From contig OZ253553.1 in NCBI GenBank assembly GCA_965262715.1, forward strand, positions 2,688,001 to 2,752,000: a DNA stretch of 64,000 nt. Direction: 5' to 3'. This stretch comes from Bdellovibrionales bacterium (lineage in GTDB: Bacteria > Bdellovibrionota > Bdellovibrionia > Bdellovibrionales > JAUICD01). A model generated the notes under the pieces. The model did not search any database and was not told the origin of the DNA. It worked only from the letters and a program-made list of their open reading frames with translations. The position numbers were made by a program, and so were the translations under genes. Shown here piece by piece: positions 29,704 to 40,067 of this stretch (position 1 is its first letter; each line of letters begins with the position of its first letter).

Positions 29704-29987
29704 AGATAGTCCTTAGTCTTTGTTTTAATGACTTAACTTAGATTCTTATCGATAGAAAGGAATAAAAACTTAAATAAAAATAAGAAATTGTGACTTGTTA
29801 TTAGACCGCTTCTAATACTACATTAGCAAGTTATTCAGTGTCATGATAAAGAAGGTACCAAAAGACTTTTCTGGGAGCACTTTGGGTATATATGAATTTT
29901 TAAAAGTTTATTAATAAAAAGATGGATTTGTGGAATCGTTGTTTTTATAATTTTTTTGAAGTTGTTGCAAGAACATTTAATTTAATG

Positions 29988-30146
29988 ATAATAGCTATGA
30001 CAGGTTTCTTCACTAGCAGCAGGCAACCCCCGTGCCTTGTATTCCTGTCATTTTATGATTTGATTATAGAATCGAATATTTTAGTGAAAGCTTTGTCTTC
30101 TAAGGCACTGGCCTGAGCTAGATCAGAAGCCTGTCATAGCTATTAT
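29988..30146 (-). repeat. Structured repeat family 2 (rod-like, ~160 bp), copy 1
   Basis: Terminal stem ATAATAGCTATGACAGG/CCTGTCATAGCTATTAT; inner CTAGC, CAGGC and GTGCCTT stems. Homologous to 52493-52649. Confidence 0.7.
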
Positions 30147-30225
30147 AGAGCAAGGTTTTGTGTAACGGCTCTATATTTTAATATAAAACCATTGGCTTGC
30201 CAATGAATGTAGTACTAATTATCCT

Positions 30226-30837
30226 TTATATCTCAACGCCTATTAGGATGATAGGTACAGCTGGAACTCCTCGTCCCTGACGAACAATATTGTATAATTC
30301 ACGTTCATAATAAGCTAGCCCAGAACTCATATTCTTTTGTAAAGACTTCATAGGGAGTATTTCAATACCAACATCAATTTTATCACTGACATAAAAGCTT
30401 AAGTGTTTCACAAACAGATCATAAGCTACAAAAGCATATTTACCAAATTGGACCTCAACTGCAATGCGATCTTTGATAAAATCTGTTTGATTGGAGCTAT
30501 TAATGGGAGTTTCACCAGATAATTCTATTTCTTTTTTTTGCTCATTTGTAGACATTGTAAGTGTTTTTCTAGTAAGCTTTTCACTTTTTGTAACCCAATA
30601 ACTGACTCGGCTTTCTTTCCATTGCCTTTTATTAAATAGTTTTTTAAATTCCTTATTTATTTCTTTTGGGTCATATAATATTTTTCCTTTTTTTGTTTTT
30701 TCTTTTGAAATTTTAGTTTTACATTTTTTTCCATCTACTAGAGATATAACTTCTTCTAATTCTTCCCAAAGTTTTTTTTTGTGAACAAGGATATATTCTT
30801 TACCGTTTAAGTGGGAATAAAATTCAGATATTTTCAT
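30226..30837 (-). CDS. Type II restriction endonuclease, BglII/BstYI family
   Basis: NQTDFIKDRIAVEVQFGKYAFVAYDLFVKH; coupled to an upstream MTase. Confidence 0.88.
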   Translation of the reverse strand: MKISEFYSHLNGKEYILVHKKKLWEELEEVISLVDGKKCKTKISKEKTKKGKILYDPKEINKEFKKLFNKRQWKESRVSYWVTKSEKLTRKTLTMSTNEQKKEIELSGETPINSSNQTDFIKDRIAVEVQFGKYAFVAYDLFVKHLSFYVSDKIDVGIEILPMKSLQKNMSSGLAYYERELYNIVRQGRGVPAVPIILIGVEI

Positions 30838-31790
30838 ACATTAGTGTTATTAAATAAACTTATTTGGTTAAGATGATTGTCATTTTTATGAGATGGCTTC
30901 TTTATCAAATTGGATTTTCCAGGATCATAAATAGGAGTATTCATTTGGCGAGTTTTTAATAAGCCATCTTTAAGTTCTTTAATCCTGTCACAAGTGATTT
31001 GAATGTATTTTTTATTTACTTCCGCTCCTATGGCTTTCCTTTTATGCTTAAGAGCAGCAATTATACTTGTACCCGAACCTAAAAAAGGATCTAAGACCCA
31101 ATCATTTTTGTTTGTCATAGAAAGCACTAAACGTTCTATTAGTTCAACAGGAAATTGACAAGGGTGATTTGTTTTTTCTACATGATTGTTTTTGACATTA
31201 GGTATGACCCATAAATCCCCAGGGTTTTTTCCTAAAGGATTACAGGAATATTGACCTGCTTTTGGGCCCTTAAAGTATTTCTTGCCTGGGTACTTCTGAG
31301 GAACTCTAACAGGGTCAAGATTAAAAATATAATCATCTGTTTTGGTAAACCAAACAATGGTTTCATATCTTCCTGAAAATCTTTTTGTGCAGTGCAAACC
31401 GTGTTCAAAATGCCATATAATACGGTTTCTCATTTTTAAGTTAAGAGATGTAAAGATAGGATTTAAAACTATATCTAAAGGAGTAATAGAACCATTATTG
31501 ATATAATTACCGACTTGCCAGCAAATACTGCCTTTTTTAGATAAAATGCGGGTGCACTCTTTAATCACCTGAGTTTGTTGTTGGATATAAGTGTCTAATT
31601 TGAGTTTATTTTCATACTCTTTCCCAATATTATAGGGAGGAGAAGTGACTATAAGCTGTATGGATTCATTAGGAACTTGTCTTAAAAGCTCAAGACAATC
31701 ACCAGGATAAAGCACCTTTTTTGAGTTTTTATTAAACTCAGAGTCAATATGGAGCTTCTTAAATGAACTTTTTAAATAAGAGGTTAACAT
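30834..31790 (-). CDS. Site-specific amino DNA methyltransferase (beta class, likely N4-cytosine)
   Basis: Catalytic TSPPY precedes SAM-binding DPFLGSGT; HPCQFP. Confidence 0.92.
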   Translation of the reverse strand: MLTSYLKSSFKKLHIDSEFNKNSKKVLYPGDCLELLRQVPNESIQLIVTSPPYNIGKEYENKLKLDTYIQQQTQVIKECTRILSKKGSICWQVGNYINNGSITPLDIVLNPIFTSLNLKMRNRIIWHFEHGLHCTKRFSGRYETIVWFTKTDDYIFNLDPVRVPQKYPGKKYFKGPKAGQYSCNPLGKNPGDLWVIPNVKNNHVEKTNHPCQFPVELIERLVLSMTNKNDWVLDPFLGSGTSIIAALKHKRKAIGAEVNKKYIQITCDRIKELKDGLLKTRQMNTPIYDPGKSNLIKKPSHKNDNHLNQISLFNNTNV

Positions 31791-31827
31791 TTGAGAAGGC
31801 TAACATATTCTTAGAATTGATGACAAG

Positions 31828-32301
31828 CTATTGCTTTAATAGAGGTTGATTATTATAAAATTTATTTTCAATACTAGCTTGCTCTCTCACCAAAGATTGC
31901 CTTTCTTGACGTTTTTGTTTGGCATATTGAAGATGTAATCTTTCTTGTCGTTGCTGTTCTTTTTTCATTTGTTCCTCATGTTTAATCTCTAGTCTTTCTT
32001 GATTTCTTTGATTTAAAGATTGCCTACGACGTCGTTTTATTTGTTCTCTTCTCGCCTTTTCATGATCCAATAACTCTTGTTCGCGCAGGCTTTTTTGTTG
32101 CCTGCGAGCTTGCTCTCTTAAGTCTTTCTCTCTTGAGAGATTTCGAGAATAATTAGTATAACCTTCATCTTCTGAAATTCTAATTTGTTCATCTATTTCA
32201 TAATGATAATATTTGTTTTCAGCCGTAACTTTTCTAGAAGCTAAGGCGTGAAAAGTTACAAGAGTCATTAAAAAATAAAAAAAAGAATTAAAAGGTCTCA
32301 T
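31828..32301 (-). CDS. Secreted coiled-coil hypothetical protein
   Basis: Signal peptide followed by a Q/R/E-rich helix. Confidence 0.6.
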   Translation of the reverse strand: MRPFNSFFYFLMTLVTFHALASRKVTAENKYYHYEIDEQIRISEDEGYTNYSRNLSREKDLREQARRQQKSLREQELLDHEKARREQIKRRRRQSLNQRNQERLEIKHEEQMKKEQQRQERLHLQYAKQKRQERQSLVREQASIENKFYNNQPLLKQ

Positions 32302-32418
32302 TATACAGTTATCGGATAGAAACTTTTGAAAGCGTAAGGGTAAAAAAGAAATTTTTAAGCCAAGACAAAAGTCTAAATTTTACCTTAAATTTCAAGATGT
32401 ATTTATAAGCGTATCTTT

Positions 32419-33024
32419 TTGTTTTTTGTGCACTCAAAAAGAGAATATACTTATAACATGCAAGATATTTTGTTAAAATCCCTTTTCTCCGTAGGATTAT
32501 TCTTAATTATTTTTCACTCTATAATTTTTCATTTTGTAAGAGAAAAGCCTACTCAAAAATCAAATCACGTAGTAAAGCAACAGATAGAACAACCTAAAAA
32601 GCTTATAAATCGTCCTTTGTCTCCTAAAGTTAAGATAAATGATAAAAAGAGTGTCATATCGCAAGTTGTATCAAATAAATCAAGAACTTATAAAAACAAC
32701 AAAAAAAAATCTCAAATTCTTTCTAAAAAAAGAAGTGTGCAGGAAATATCTGACCAATATATAGAAACAATTTTAAATAAACAAAAAAGATTTTTTAAAA
32801 CATGTTATATACGTCATCTTAAAAATAATTTTACGTCTAAAGGGTCTATTTTACTTTCTTTTAATATTCATTCACCAGGTACAGTCTCTGATGTGTCTAT
32901 ACAAGGAGGGTCAATAAAGGATGTATTACTCCATAACTGTATGAAGAAAGTAGTAGAAAGAGTGACCTTTAGTCACTTTTCAGGTCCATTAACTAAAGTT
33001 TTTTATCCTATTGAATTTCATTGA
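32419..33024 (+). CDS. AgmX/PglI C-terminal (TonB-C-like) domain protein; start probably 32458
   Basis: TM, then FFKTCY...GSILLSFNI...C...F...VFYPIEF. Confidence 0.7.
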   Translation: MFFVHSKREYTYNMQDILLKSLFSVGLFLIIFHSIIFHFVREKPTQKSNHVVKQQIEQPKKLINRPLSPKVKINDKKSVISQVVSNKSRTYKNNKKKSQILSKKRSVQEISDQYIETILNKQKRFFKTCYIRHLKNNFTSKGSILLSFNIHSPGTVSDVSIQGGSIKDVLLHNCMKKVVERVTFSHFSGPLTKVFYPIEFH

Positions 33025-33074
33025 GTACACCGAAATACATTACAAGTTATTTATAATGTATAAAGAGTACAAAA

Positions 33075-33332
33075 ATGAGACGAAAAAAAAAGCAAAAAGT
33101 ACCTATACTTGATTTGCACGGCCAGACAACAGACCAGGTTTTTGATTTGATAGAATATTTCTTAAGACAATACGGTCATCTACCGAAAATTAAGATTATG
33201 ACGGGTAAAGGAATGGGAGCTGTACTTAATAAAACAAAGGAATATCTTAAGATGGGATCCTATCCATGGGAATATGAAAAAAGCCCTAATGGAAAGGTCA
33301 ATACAGGAGTATTATTGGTTTTTTTAAAATAG
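33075..33332 (+). CDS. Smr/MutS2-type small domain protein
   Basis: LDLHG, IMTGKG, NTGVLLV. Confidence 0.85.
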   Translation: MRRKKKQKVPILDLHGQTTDQVFDLIEYFLRQYGHLPKIKIMTGKGMGAVLNKTKEYLKMGSYPWEYEKSPNGKVNTGVLLVFLK

Positions 33333-33389
33333 CTGAGGTGAAAGAAGACCTTTGGTTCTTAGAACATTACTTATTATAGGTGAACTTTT

Positions 33390-35033
33390 TTGAAATTTTT
33401 ATTATCTACTTTTTCATTTTTATTGATTTTCTTATCTTTTTTGATAGTTAACTTTGCGTGCTTAAAGGAATCAGTTGCACAGGCCAAAGTTATTGCAACC
33501 ATCAATAATGAAAACGTCACTATTAAAAAATTTAATCGAAGATACAATGAAGTTCTTGAAGGTGCTATTAATCCTCCTACTCCAAAACAATTTTTAGAAG
33601 ACTTGATTCGATTTAAGGTAGGGGTTCAGGAAGCTAAAAAGCAAAGTCGAAATCCAAACGCAGAACTGCGATCAGAAGTACGTAAGTTGCTTTATAGATG
33701 GTTATTAGAAGAAGATTTAAGTGGGCAAATTCAAAATATTAAAGTTTCAGAAAAAGAGATGAGAAGATATTATAGCAGAAATCCTGAAATCAAAATAGCT
33801 CATATTTTTCTTGAAATGCGATCTAATGCAACTCATCAGCAAAAACTTCAGTATCGTAAAAGAGCAAGACAGGTTTATGCAAAGGTGAGACAATCCAAAC
33901 GACCTTTTAAGGAGCTAGTAAGAATTTATACAGACGATTTGTCTACAAAGGAAATTGGAGGAGACTTAGGATGGCAAGGCCGTAATACGATGATTCCACA
34001 TTACTATGATACAGCCATTAAACAGCGTATAGGCAGGATAGCTCCTTTAATAGAAACTAAGTATGGTTTTCATATTATAAAGCTTGTAGGTAAAAACCCT
34101 TATGATAAAGCTAACAAAGAAACCCTACAACAAGCTGTCTTTGAAGGTAAGAAAAGAAGATTATTTAGTACTTATTTTGCAAAACTAAAGAAAAGTTACA
34201 GGGTCAATAAGAATCAAGTGTTGATGAACAGTTTAATAAAGCAACCTGTCAGTAGATCAAATCAAAAAAGATCAATTGCATCTGTGAACAAGAAAAGTAT
34301 TACATTTGGTACTTTTCAAAGAGAATATAAAAAGATCGTTGATGAAACAATTAATCCTCCAAATGAGAACAGATTTTTGGATGATTTGATCCAATTTGAG
34401 ATGGGGGCACAAGAGGCTGAAAAGAAAAATATAGCAGCTAATTTTAAAGTACAAAAAGAAATGGATAAATTGCTATATAGATGGTTGGTAGAAAAAGATT
34501 TAGGTCAAAAAGTTCAACAGATCAAAGTTTCAGCAGCTGAAATGAAGAGGTATTACAATAAAAATCCTGAAATAAGGACATCTCATATATTTATTGAATT
34601 AAATCCAGAAGCAACACAAGTACAAAAAGCTGCGACCAAAAAACGAGCTATGCAAATTTATTCAGCTGTTAAAAAATCTAAGCGATCTTTTGAGGAACTG
34701 GTTAAGTTATATACAGATGATGTGTTAACTAGAGAAACAGGTGGTGATTTAGGGTGGCAATCAAGTAATATTATGATTCCAGCTTATTATAATGCAGCTA
34801 TTAGACAGTCTGTAGGAAAAATAGCCTCTTTAGTTGAAACTCAATATGGCTTTCATATTTTGAAACTCACTGGTAAAAATAGTTATAAAAATGCACGTAA
34901 AGAGTACATTAGACTGGCTATTTTTGAACAAAAAAGAAAAAAGATATTTGATGCTTATTTTGATCAGCTGCAAAAATCCTATAAGATCAGAAGAAATCTT
35001 GCTCTTCTCCCAAAAGATCCTGTTAAAAGATAA
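33390..35033 (+). CDS. Peptidyl-prolyl isomerase (parvulin/PrsA-like) made of two tandem homologous halves
   Basis: Two copies of INPP...FL.DLI...HIF...GGDLGW...ET.YGFHI.KL. Confidence 0.85.
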   Translation: MKFLLSTFSFLLIFLSFLIVNFACLKESVAQAKVIATINNENVTIKKFNRRYNEVLEGAINPPTPKQFLEDLIRFKVGVQEAKKQSRNPNAELRSEVRKLLYRWLLEEDLSGQIQNIKVSEKEMRRYYSRNPEIKIAHIFLEMRSNATHQQKLQYRKRARQVYAKVRQSKRPFKELVRIYTDDLSTKEIGGDLGWQGRNTMIPHYYDTAIKQRIGRIAPLIETKYGFHIIKLVGKNPYDKANKETLQQAVFEGKKRRLFSTYFAKLKKSYRVNKNQVLMNSLIKQPVSRSNQKRSIASVNKKSITFGTFQREYKKIVDETINPPNENRFLDDLIQFEMGAQEAEKKNIAANFKVQKEMDKLLYRWLVEKDLGQKVQQIKVSAAEMKRYYNKNPEIRTSHIFIELNPEATQVQKAATKKRAMQIYSAVKKSKRSFEELVKLYTDDVLTRETGGDLGWQSSNIMIPAYYNAAIRQSVGKIASLVETQYGFHILKLTGKNSYKNARKEYIRLAIFEQKRKKIFDAYFDQLQKSYKIRRNLALLPKDPVKR

Positions 35034-35328
35034 CAGTTATTGAACTCAAATTGATCAAAGTAGTCGGACAGCCAGGTAAATAGAAATCAAGCAGATATAA
35101 CTATTCAAATTCTTTGTTCGACTTTATCAATAGAATGGAAATCTTAAGCTATATCAAAAAGAGACATTAGAGACATTATTTTGTACCAATTTTATGCTAA
35201 TTTACGCTCAAGTTAATTCAGACTTTTACCGAGTAATAAATTAAGAAAATTATTTTGTCTCGCTTTAATGCGAAAATGAAAATGAGGTCATATATACAAA
35301 CAGATACAAATGAAGGAGTATTTAAAAA

Positions 35329-37125
35329 ATGGAGAAGTTAAATAAAAAACATCTTAAAAATGTTGTCATTTTAACAAGTTGTTTGTTTGTATTGATTATT
35401 GGATTTCAGAATTGCGGAAAAAAGAAGACAAATCAAGAAGGGGGAGCTGAATTTGATTCAAGTATAGATTTAGAGGTCACAGGGATTGAAAATAGCACAA
35501 TACCTCGACAATCTTGGACATGGGATTGTAATAATGCCCCTTGTGAATTTCGTTTTGTTATTAATGAATCAAGTGCCCATGACAATGCTTTAGATGATGA
35601 AGCATACAGTAGTGACAATAATACGGCAGCAGGCTCAGATGCACCCGGTGAAGGAGAATATTACCTACACATTCAAGCTAAGAAAGATGTTGTTGAATCT
35701 GAAGTAAAGACTGTATCAATTGTTGTTGGACAAGAAGAAGTAACTCCTTCTCTTGTTGATCAAGTGGATACAAGTGGCTCTCACGCCTGTTCTTTAAAGG
35801 ATGGCTATGTAAAGTGCTGGGGTTTAAATGATAAAGGACAATTAGGTTATGGTGATACAGATAACCGTGGTGATGGACCAGATGAGATCAGTGGGCTTGC
35901 AGATGTTAGCGTTCATGAAACTATTATTAGTGGTGGCACTGAAGATGGCCATCTAACAAAATTTATAGCGACAGGAGACCAGCACACCTGCGCATTGCTT
36001 AAAAATGAGTGTGTGAAGTGTTGGGGAAACAATGAATATGGACAATTAGGTTATGGTGACACAGATAATCGTGGTGATGATGTTGATGAAATGGGAGATA
36101 ATCTTGATCCTGTTGGCAGTTTAGAGTTTAAAGTTAAAACAGTTGCTACAGGACTTGCTCACACTTGTAGCATTACAAAAACTGATACAGTTAGATGTTG
36201 GGGCGGCAATGATCAAGGTCAGTTAGGACAAGGTAGTACAGATAATTTGACTGAGCCAAGCCCTGATGTTGATATTCATAATGATCCTGATGAACAAGAT
36301 CAAGCAATAATAGCTGGGTTTTTACCAAAACATGTGGCAGCAGGGGCTAAGCACACTTGTGCAATGCTCAACAATGATTGTGTGAAGTGTTGGGGAGGAA
36401 ACGAATATGGCCAGCTAGGTTATGGTGATATGGAGAATCGTGGTGATGATGCTAATGATCTTGTGACTGAAGATGTTGATGAAGGAGAAATGGGACTGAA
36501 TCTTCTTCCTGTAGGCGGCATGGAGTTTAAAGTTAAAGCTATTGCAACAGGAGATTGGCATACTTGTGCCATTATGAAAAGTAATGATAGTGTACAATGC
36601 TGGGGATTGAATGATGAAGGACAATTAGGCGTAGGTTCTACACAAAATATTGGTGATGCTAAAGATGCTGAAGATAAAGTGGTGTTTGCTCCTGTTGATT
36701 TAGGAAATCAAAAAGCCAAGTCTATCACTGCAGGAGCTAGACATACATGTGTGACCTTAGAGGATGACAGCACAAAATGTTGGGGACTGAATAAATCAGG
36801 TCAACTAGGCCAAGGTTCTATAGCTAATATTGGTAGTGCTGATGGTGAAACTGGAACAAGTCTTCCAGCTATTCCAATTGAGGCATCTAGCATAGTTAAA
36901 GGATCTGTCGTTGCAGGTGGTGATAGTACATGTTTCAAGTTGGATGATGGCAAAGTGAAATGCTGGGGGAATAATGATAAGGGGCAGTTAGCAAAAGAAC
37001 ATATCTGTTCTCTTGGTAATGGTCTTGGTTATTCTGTAAGTTCTACTGATCAGTGTAATAGCTCAGATGCAGAAGATGTGGTGGGTACAACTGTAGATCA
37101 AATTGAATATCTCAGTTTTGAATAA
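35329..37125 (+). CDS. RCC1-repeat lipoprotein
   Basis: Lipobox FQNC; multiple HTC...VKCWG.N..GQLG repeats. Confidence 0.88.
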   Translation: MEKLNKKHLKNVVILTSCLFVLIIGFQNCGKKKTNQEGGAEFDSSIDLEVTGIENSTIPRQSWTWDCNNAPCEFRFVINESSAHDNALDDEAYSSDNNTAAGSDAPGEGEYYLHIQAKKDVVESEVKTVSIVVGQEEVTPSLVDQVDTSGSHACSLKDGYVKCWGLNDKGQLGYGDTDNRGDGPDEISGLADVSVHETIISGGTEDGHLTKFIATGDQHTCALLKNECVKCWGNNEYGQLGYGDTDNRGDDVDEMGDNLDPVGSLEFKVKTVATGLAHTCSITKTDTVRCWGGNDQGQLGQGSTDNLTEPSPDVDIHNDPDEQDQAIIAGFLPKHVAAGAKHTCAMLNNDCVKCWGGNEYGQLGYGDMENRGDDANDLVTEDVDEGEMGLNLLPVGGMEFKVKAIATGDWHTCAIMKSNDSVQCWGLNDEGQLGVGSTQNIGDAKDAEDKVVFAPVDLGNQKAKSITAGARHTCVTLEDDSTKCWGLNKSGQLGQGSIANIGSADGETGTSLPAIPIEASSIVKGSVVAGGDSTCFKLDDGKVKCWGNNDKGQLAKEHICSLGNGLGYSVSSTDQCNSSDAEDVVGTTVDQIEYLSFE

Positions 37126-37133
37126 TAGCTGTA

Positions 37134-37462
37134 TCACTAAAAATGAACTGGCCTCTGTTTCACTAAAATACCTCTCGCCTCTGGCGACTTTTTGGCATTG
37201 TCCCCAAACGAGCTTACGCTGTTTGGCAAATAGGACAATGCCTAAAAAGCTTGAGGTATTTTAGTAGGAAGAATCTCTTTATTCTCTTATATCATGTTAG
37301 GGAAAATATTGTTGTTTACAAACCAACATGAAGGCTCACACCTTCAGTAAAATGCTGATTGCCTCATTTATCTACATGGGCAATCCTCAAAAAGGCTTGC
37401 CATTCGTTTATTTTTAGTAGGGAGGCTCTCTCTTCGTTTCTTTACACCATGTTAAGGAAATT
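37134..37462 (-). repeat. Structured repeat family 1, nested composite
   Basis: Outer stem ACTAAAAATAAAC/GTTCATTTTTAGT encloses an inner unit with ACTAAAATACCTC/GAGGTATTTTAGT. Confidence 0.85.
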
Positions 37463-37478
37463 TTCCTTCATCCTGCTT

Positions 37479-37720
37479 CTACTCAAAATGAATAGAAGAC
37501 AAGCCTCTCGAGGCTAGCCTTTTTGAGAATTGTCCATGAAATAAATCTAGGTACTGATCCGATGTCAAGAATAAGGTTTCCCTAACATTGTGTTAAGAAG
37601 CAAGAATATCCTCCCTACTAAAATGCATCAGGCTTTCTAGGTAGTCAGCTATTTGCTGACGATGTCAATCGTCAGGCTGACTACCAGAAAGTCGCCAGAG
37701 GCGAGATGCATTTTAGTGAA
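37479..37720 (+). repeat. Structured repeat family 1, partial outer unit plus full unit (37576-37720), back-to-back with the previous copy
   Basis: ACTAAAATGCATC/GATGCATTTTAGT, GGTAGTCAGC/GCTGACTACC, CTGACGAT/ATCGTCAG, CGCC-AGA-GGCG. Confidence 0.85.
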
Positions 37721-37827
37721 AATAATTGAGTCAAAATTTTCTTATAAAGTAAAATAAAAGTCTCTTTTATTTTTGTTGCTATTCACTGATTTTTGTAGAT
37801 AATCAAGTCAATTGAAGAGAGTGAAAA

Positions 37828-38784
37828 ATGCATCAAAAAAATACTTATTTTACCTTAACATTGTTTTTATTCTTAAGTTTCTTGTTTATAGGCTGTTTTA
37901 ATCAAAAAAGTGTACAAGATGTAATAATTGTGAAGGTTAATGACCATCATTTAACATCTAAAATGTTTGCGCAAAGACTTTCCATAAAGCTTAGGGCCCT
38001 TGATGTTTTACAAATCAAAGAGCCTCAAAATATTACAAAGATCAAAAAAAATGTTATTGATGAATTCATACATGAAACCATCATTACTAAATGGGCAAAA
38101 AATAAAAAAATAACTGTATCTCAACAGGAATTAGAAAGAAAAATGAAGCAAGTTATACAAGACTATCCTGATGATATAGCTTTTCGCAAAATTCTTGTAC
38201 AATCAAATAGAACAATGGAGACTTGGAAGAAAGACCTTCAAAAAAGGTTATTAGAAGAAAAAGTCTTTCAGTCTCTTCATCAAGACGTTAAACCACCTAC
38301 ATTAGATCATCTTAAGTCTTATTATGAAACTCACAAATCCTCTTTTGTAGAAAAAGAGAAGGTATACATAGAACAATTTTTATTAAAAACAAAAAATGAT
38401 GCTTATGATATCTATAATAAGCTAAAAGATAAACAGGCTTCCAGCAAACAGGTCAAAAACTCATATAAAATCAATCATAGTAAGTTATGGGTTGAAAGAG
38501 GGGTTTCTAATGTCTTTGAAAAGGCTTTTTTGATGAAAAAAGGGGTATGGAGCGACATATTAGAATCTCCTTATGGTTTTCATATTTACAAGGTTTTAGA
38601 TAGAAAAAGAAAAAACCATTGGACATTTAACGAGGCTAAGGGTAAAGTTCACAAGACTTTGATGGCTCAAAAGCAGCAAGCAAAATATGTTTCTTGGCTA
38701 GAGGATCAAGCAACTCATCTAGATGTATTTCTTAACGAACAAGCCATCTCAGACATATACATTGAAACTATGGGAGAGAAATAG
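37828..38784 (+). CDS. Parvulin-type PPIase/foldase lipoprotein
   Basis: Lipobox FIGC, SurA-N-like helices, ESPYGFHIYKV. Confidence 0.8.
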   Translation: MHQKNTYFTLTLFLFLSFLFIGCFNQKSVQDVIIVKVNDHHLTSKMFAQRLSIKLRALDVLQIKEPQNITKIKKNVIDEFIHETIITKWAKNKKITVSQQELERKMKQVIQDYPDDIAFRKILVQSNRTMETWKKDLQKRLLEEKVFQSLHQDVKPPTLDHLKSYYETHKSSFVEKEKVYIEQFLLKTKNDAYDIYNKLKDKQASSKQVKNSYKINHSKLWVERGVSNVFEKAFLMKKGVWSDILESPYGFHIYKVLDRKRKNHWTFNEAKGKVHKTLMAQKQQAKYVSWLEDQATHLDVFLNEQAISDIYIETMGEK

Positions 38785-38831
38785 AGAGATTGTTTTTTAG
38801 AAAAACAAGGAAAAAATCTTTGAAAGCAATG

Positions 38832-38914
38832 ATTTGATATTTTAAGTCAAAGCCTCGAAGTCCTCGGGCTATTGCCCTGCGGAAGATCTCGTCTTTGGCT
38901 TAAAATATCAAATC
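38832..38914. repeat. Structured repeat family 3 hairpin, copy 1
   Basis: GATTTGATATTTTAAG/CTTAAAATATCAAATC stem. The reverse-strand core TCTTCCGCAGGGC-AATA-GCCCGAGGAC is shared with 62960-63036. Confidence 0.65.
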
Positions 38915-38972
38915 TTTTGTTAGCTATAAAGATTTGGTGTGATTTGTAGGGAGAGGAGATAATAAGAGGAAA

Positions 38973-39064
38973 GTTTCCCTAACATGGTGTAAAATAATAA
39001 AGAGTATCTTTTTTTACTCAAAATGAACAGAGGCTCGCCTTGAGAGGCCAGACTATTTTTAGGG
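38973..39064 (+). repeat. Structured repeat family 1, internally deleted short copy
   Basis: GTTTCCCTAACATGGTGTAAA...ACTCAAAATGAAC-AGAGGCTCGCCTTGAGAGGCCA-GACTATTTTTAGGG. Confidence 0.7.
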
Positions 39065-39083
39065 ATACAGAAACGAGGTTATT

Positions 39084-40049
39084 ATGAGATTATTATTAGT
39101 TTTAACATTTTTATTTTTTACGACATCTGCTTCGAGCAGGGTGATTGAAAGCATTGTTGCTATTGTCAATGATGATATTATTATGCAAACTGATGTGCTT
39201 GATTACAAAAAGAAACTAAAAAGCAATCAATTTTTAGATGATACATTGGTTAGAAATCCTTCTGAATTACTAGAAAATCCTAAAGTGCTTATAGATCATT
39301 TGATCAATGAAAAATTGATAGACACAGAGGTAAAAAAACAAAATCTCACTGTAGCAGAGGAAAGAATTCAGCAAGAAATCCAAAAAATTGCTCAAGGTAA
39401 TCAAATTAGTAGAGGGCAGCTACTGCAAGCACTTAAAAGGGAAAATATTTCTTTTCAAGATTATAGGCAATTTCTTAAGACAAAACTAGAAAGACAAGCT
39501 CTTATAGAAAGGGTTATTATTCCTTATATACAGATATCAGATGAAGATATTGCCAATTATTATTATACGAGATTACAAAAGAGTAAATCTGGTAAAACAC
39601 CACGATTTGAATACGATATCCAACACATTTTATTTAACTGGGCTTCTCGAGAGCAAAAAGATATTCAGATGGCTAAATCACAAGCACAAAAAGCACACTC
39701 GCTTTTAGGATCAGGTACAAATTTTGACAGTTTAACCGAGGAGTACAACAAGAATAAAAACCCTCTAATATCAGGTGGATCACTTGGTACTTTCAAATCA
39801 AATGAACTATTAGCTAGTTTTAACGCAGCCGTACAAAGTCTTAAGCAAGGGCAAGCTTCTGAAGTGGTAAAAGGACCTAATGGCTTTCATATTTTAAAAT
39901 TGACAAGTAAAAGAGCGATTGAAGATCCCAACTTAACCAAAAGAAAACCTGAAATCCATAATGCTTTGTATCAAGAAGCTTTTAACAAAAGATTATCTCT
40001 TTGGTTAGATCAGAAGCGTCATCAATCTTTTATAAAAATTAATTCCTAA
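39084..40049 (+). CDS. surA: SurA-like chaperone/PPIase
   Basis: IVAIVNDDII N-domain, one parvulin domain (HIL, GGSLG, GFHILKL); upstream of pdxA. Confidence 0.8.
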   Translation: MRLLLVLTFLFFTTSASSRVIESIVAIVNDDIIMQTDVLDYKKKLKSNQFLDDTLVRNPSELLENPKVLIDHLINEKLIDTEVKKQNLTVAEERIQQEIQKIAQGNQISRGQLLQALKRENISFQDYRQFLKTKLERQALIERVIIPYIQISDEDIANYYYTRLQKSKSGKTPRFEYDIQHILFNWASREQKDIQMAKSQAQKAHSLLGSGTNFDSLTEEYNKNKNPLISGGSLGTFKSNELLASFNAAVQSLKQGQASEVVKGPNGFHILKLTSKRAIEDPNLTKRKPEIHNALYQEAFNKRLSLWLDQKRHQSFIKINS

Positions 40050-40067
40050 TCTTAATGGTGAAGATCA

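Noticed and set aside
29988..30146. 6S RNA
   Set aside because: Rod-like, but I could not recognise 6S consensus motifs and a second diverged copy exists. Left unassigned pending an Rfam scan.
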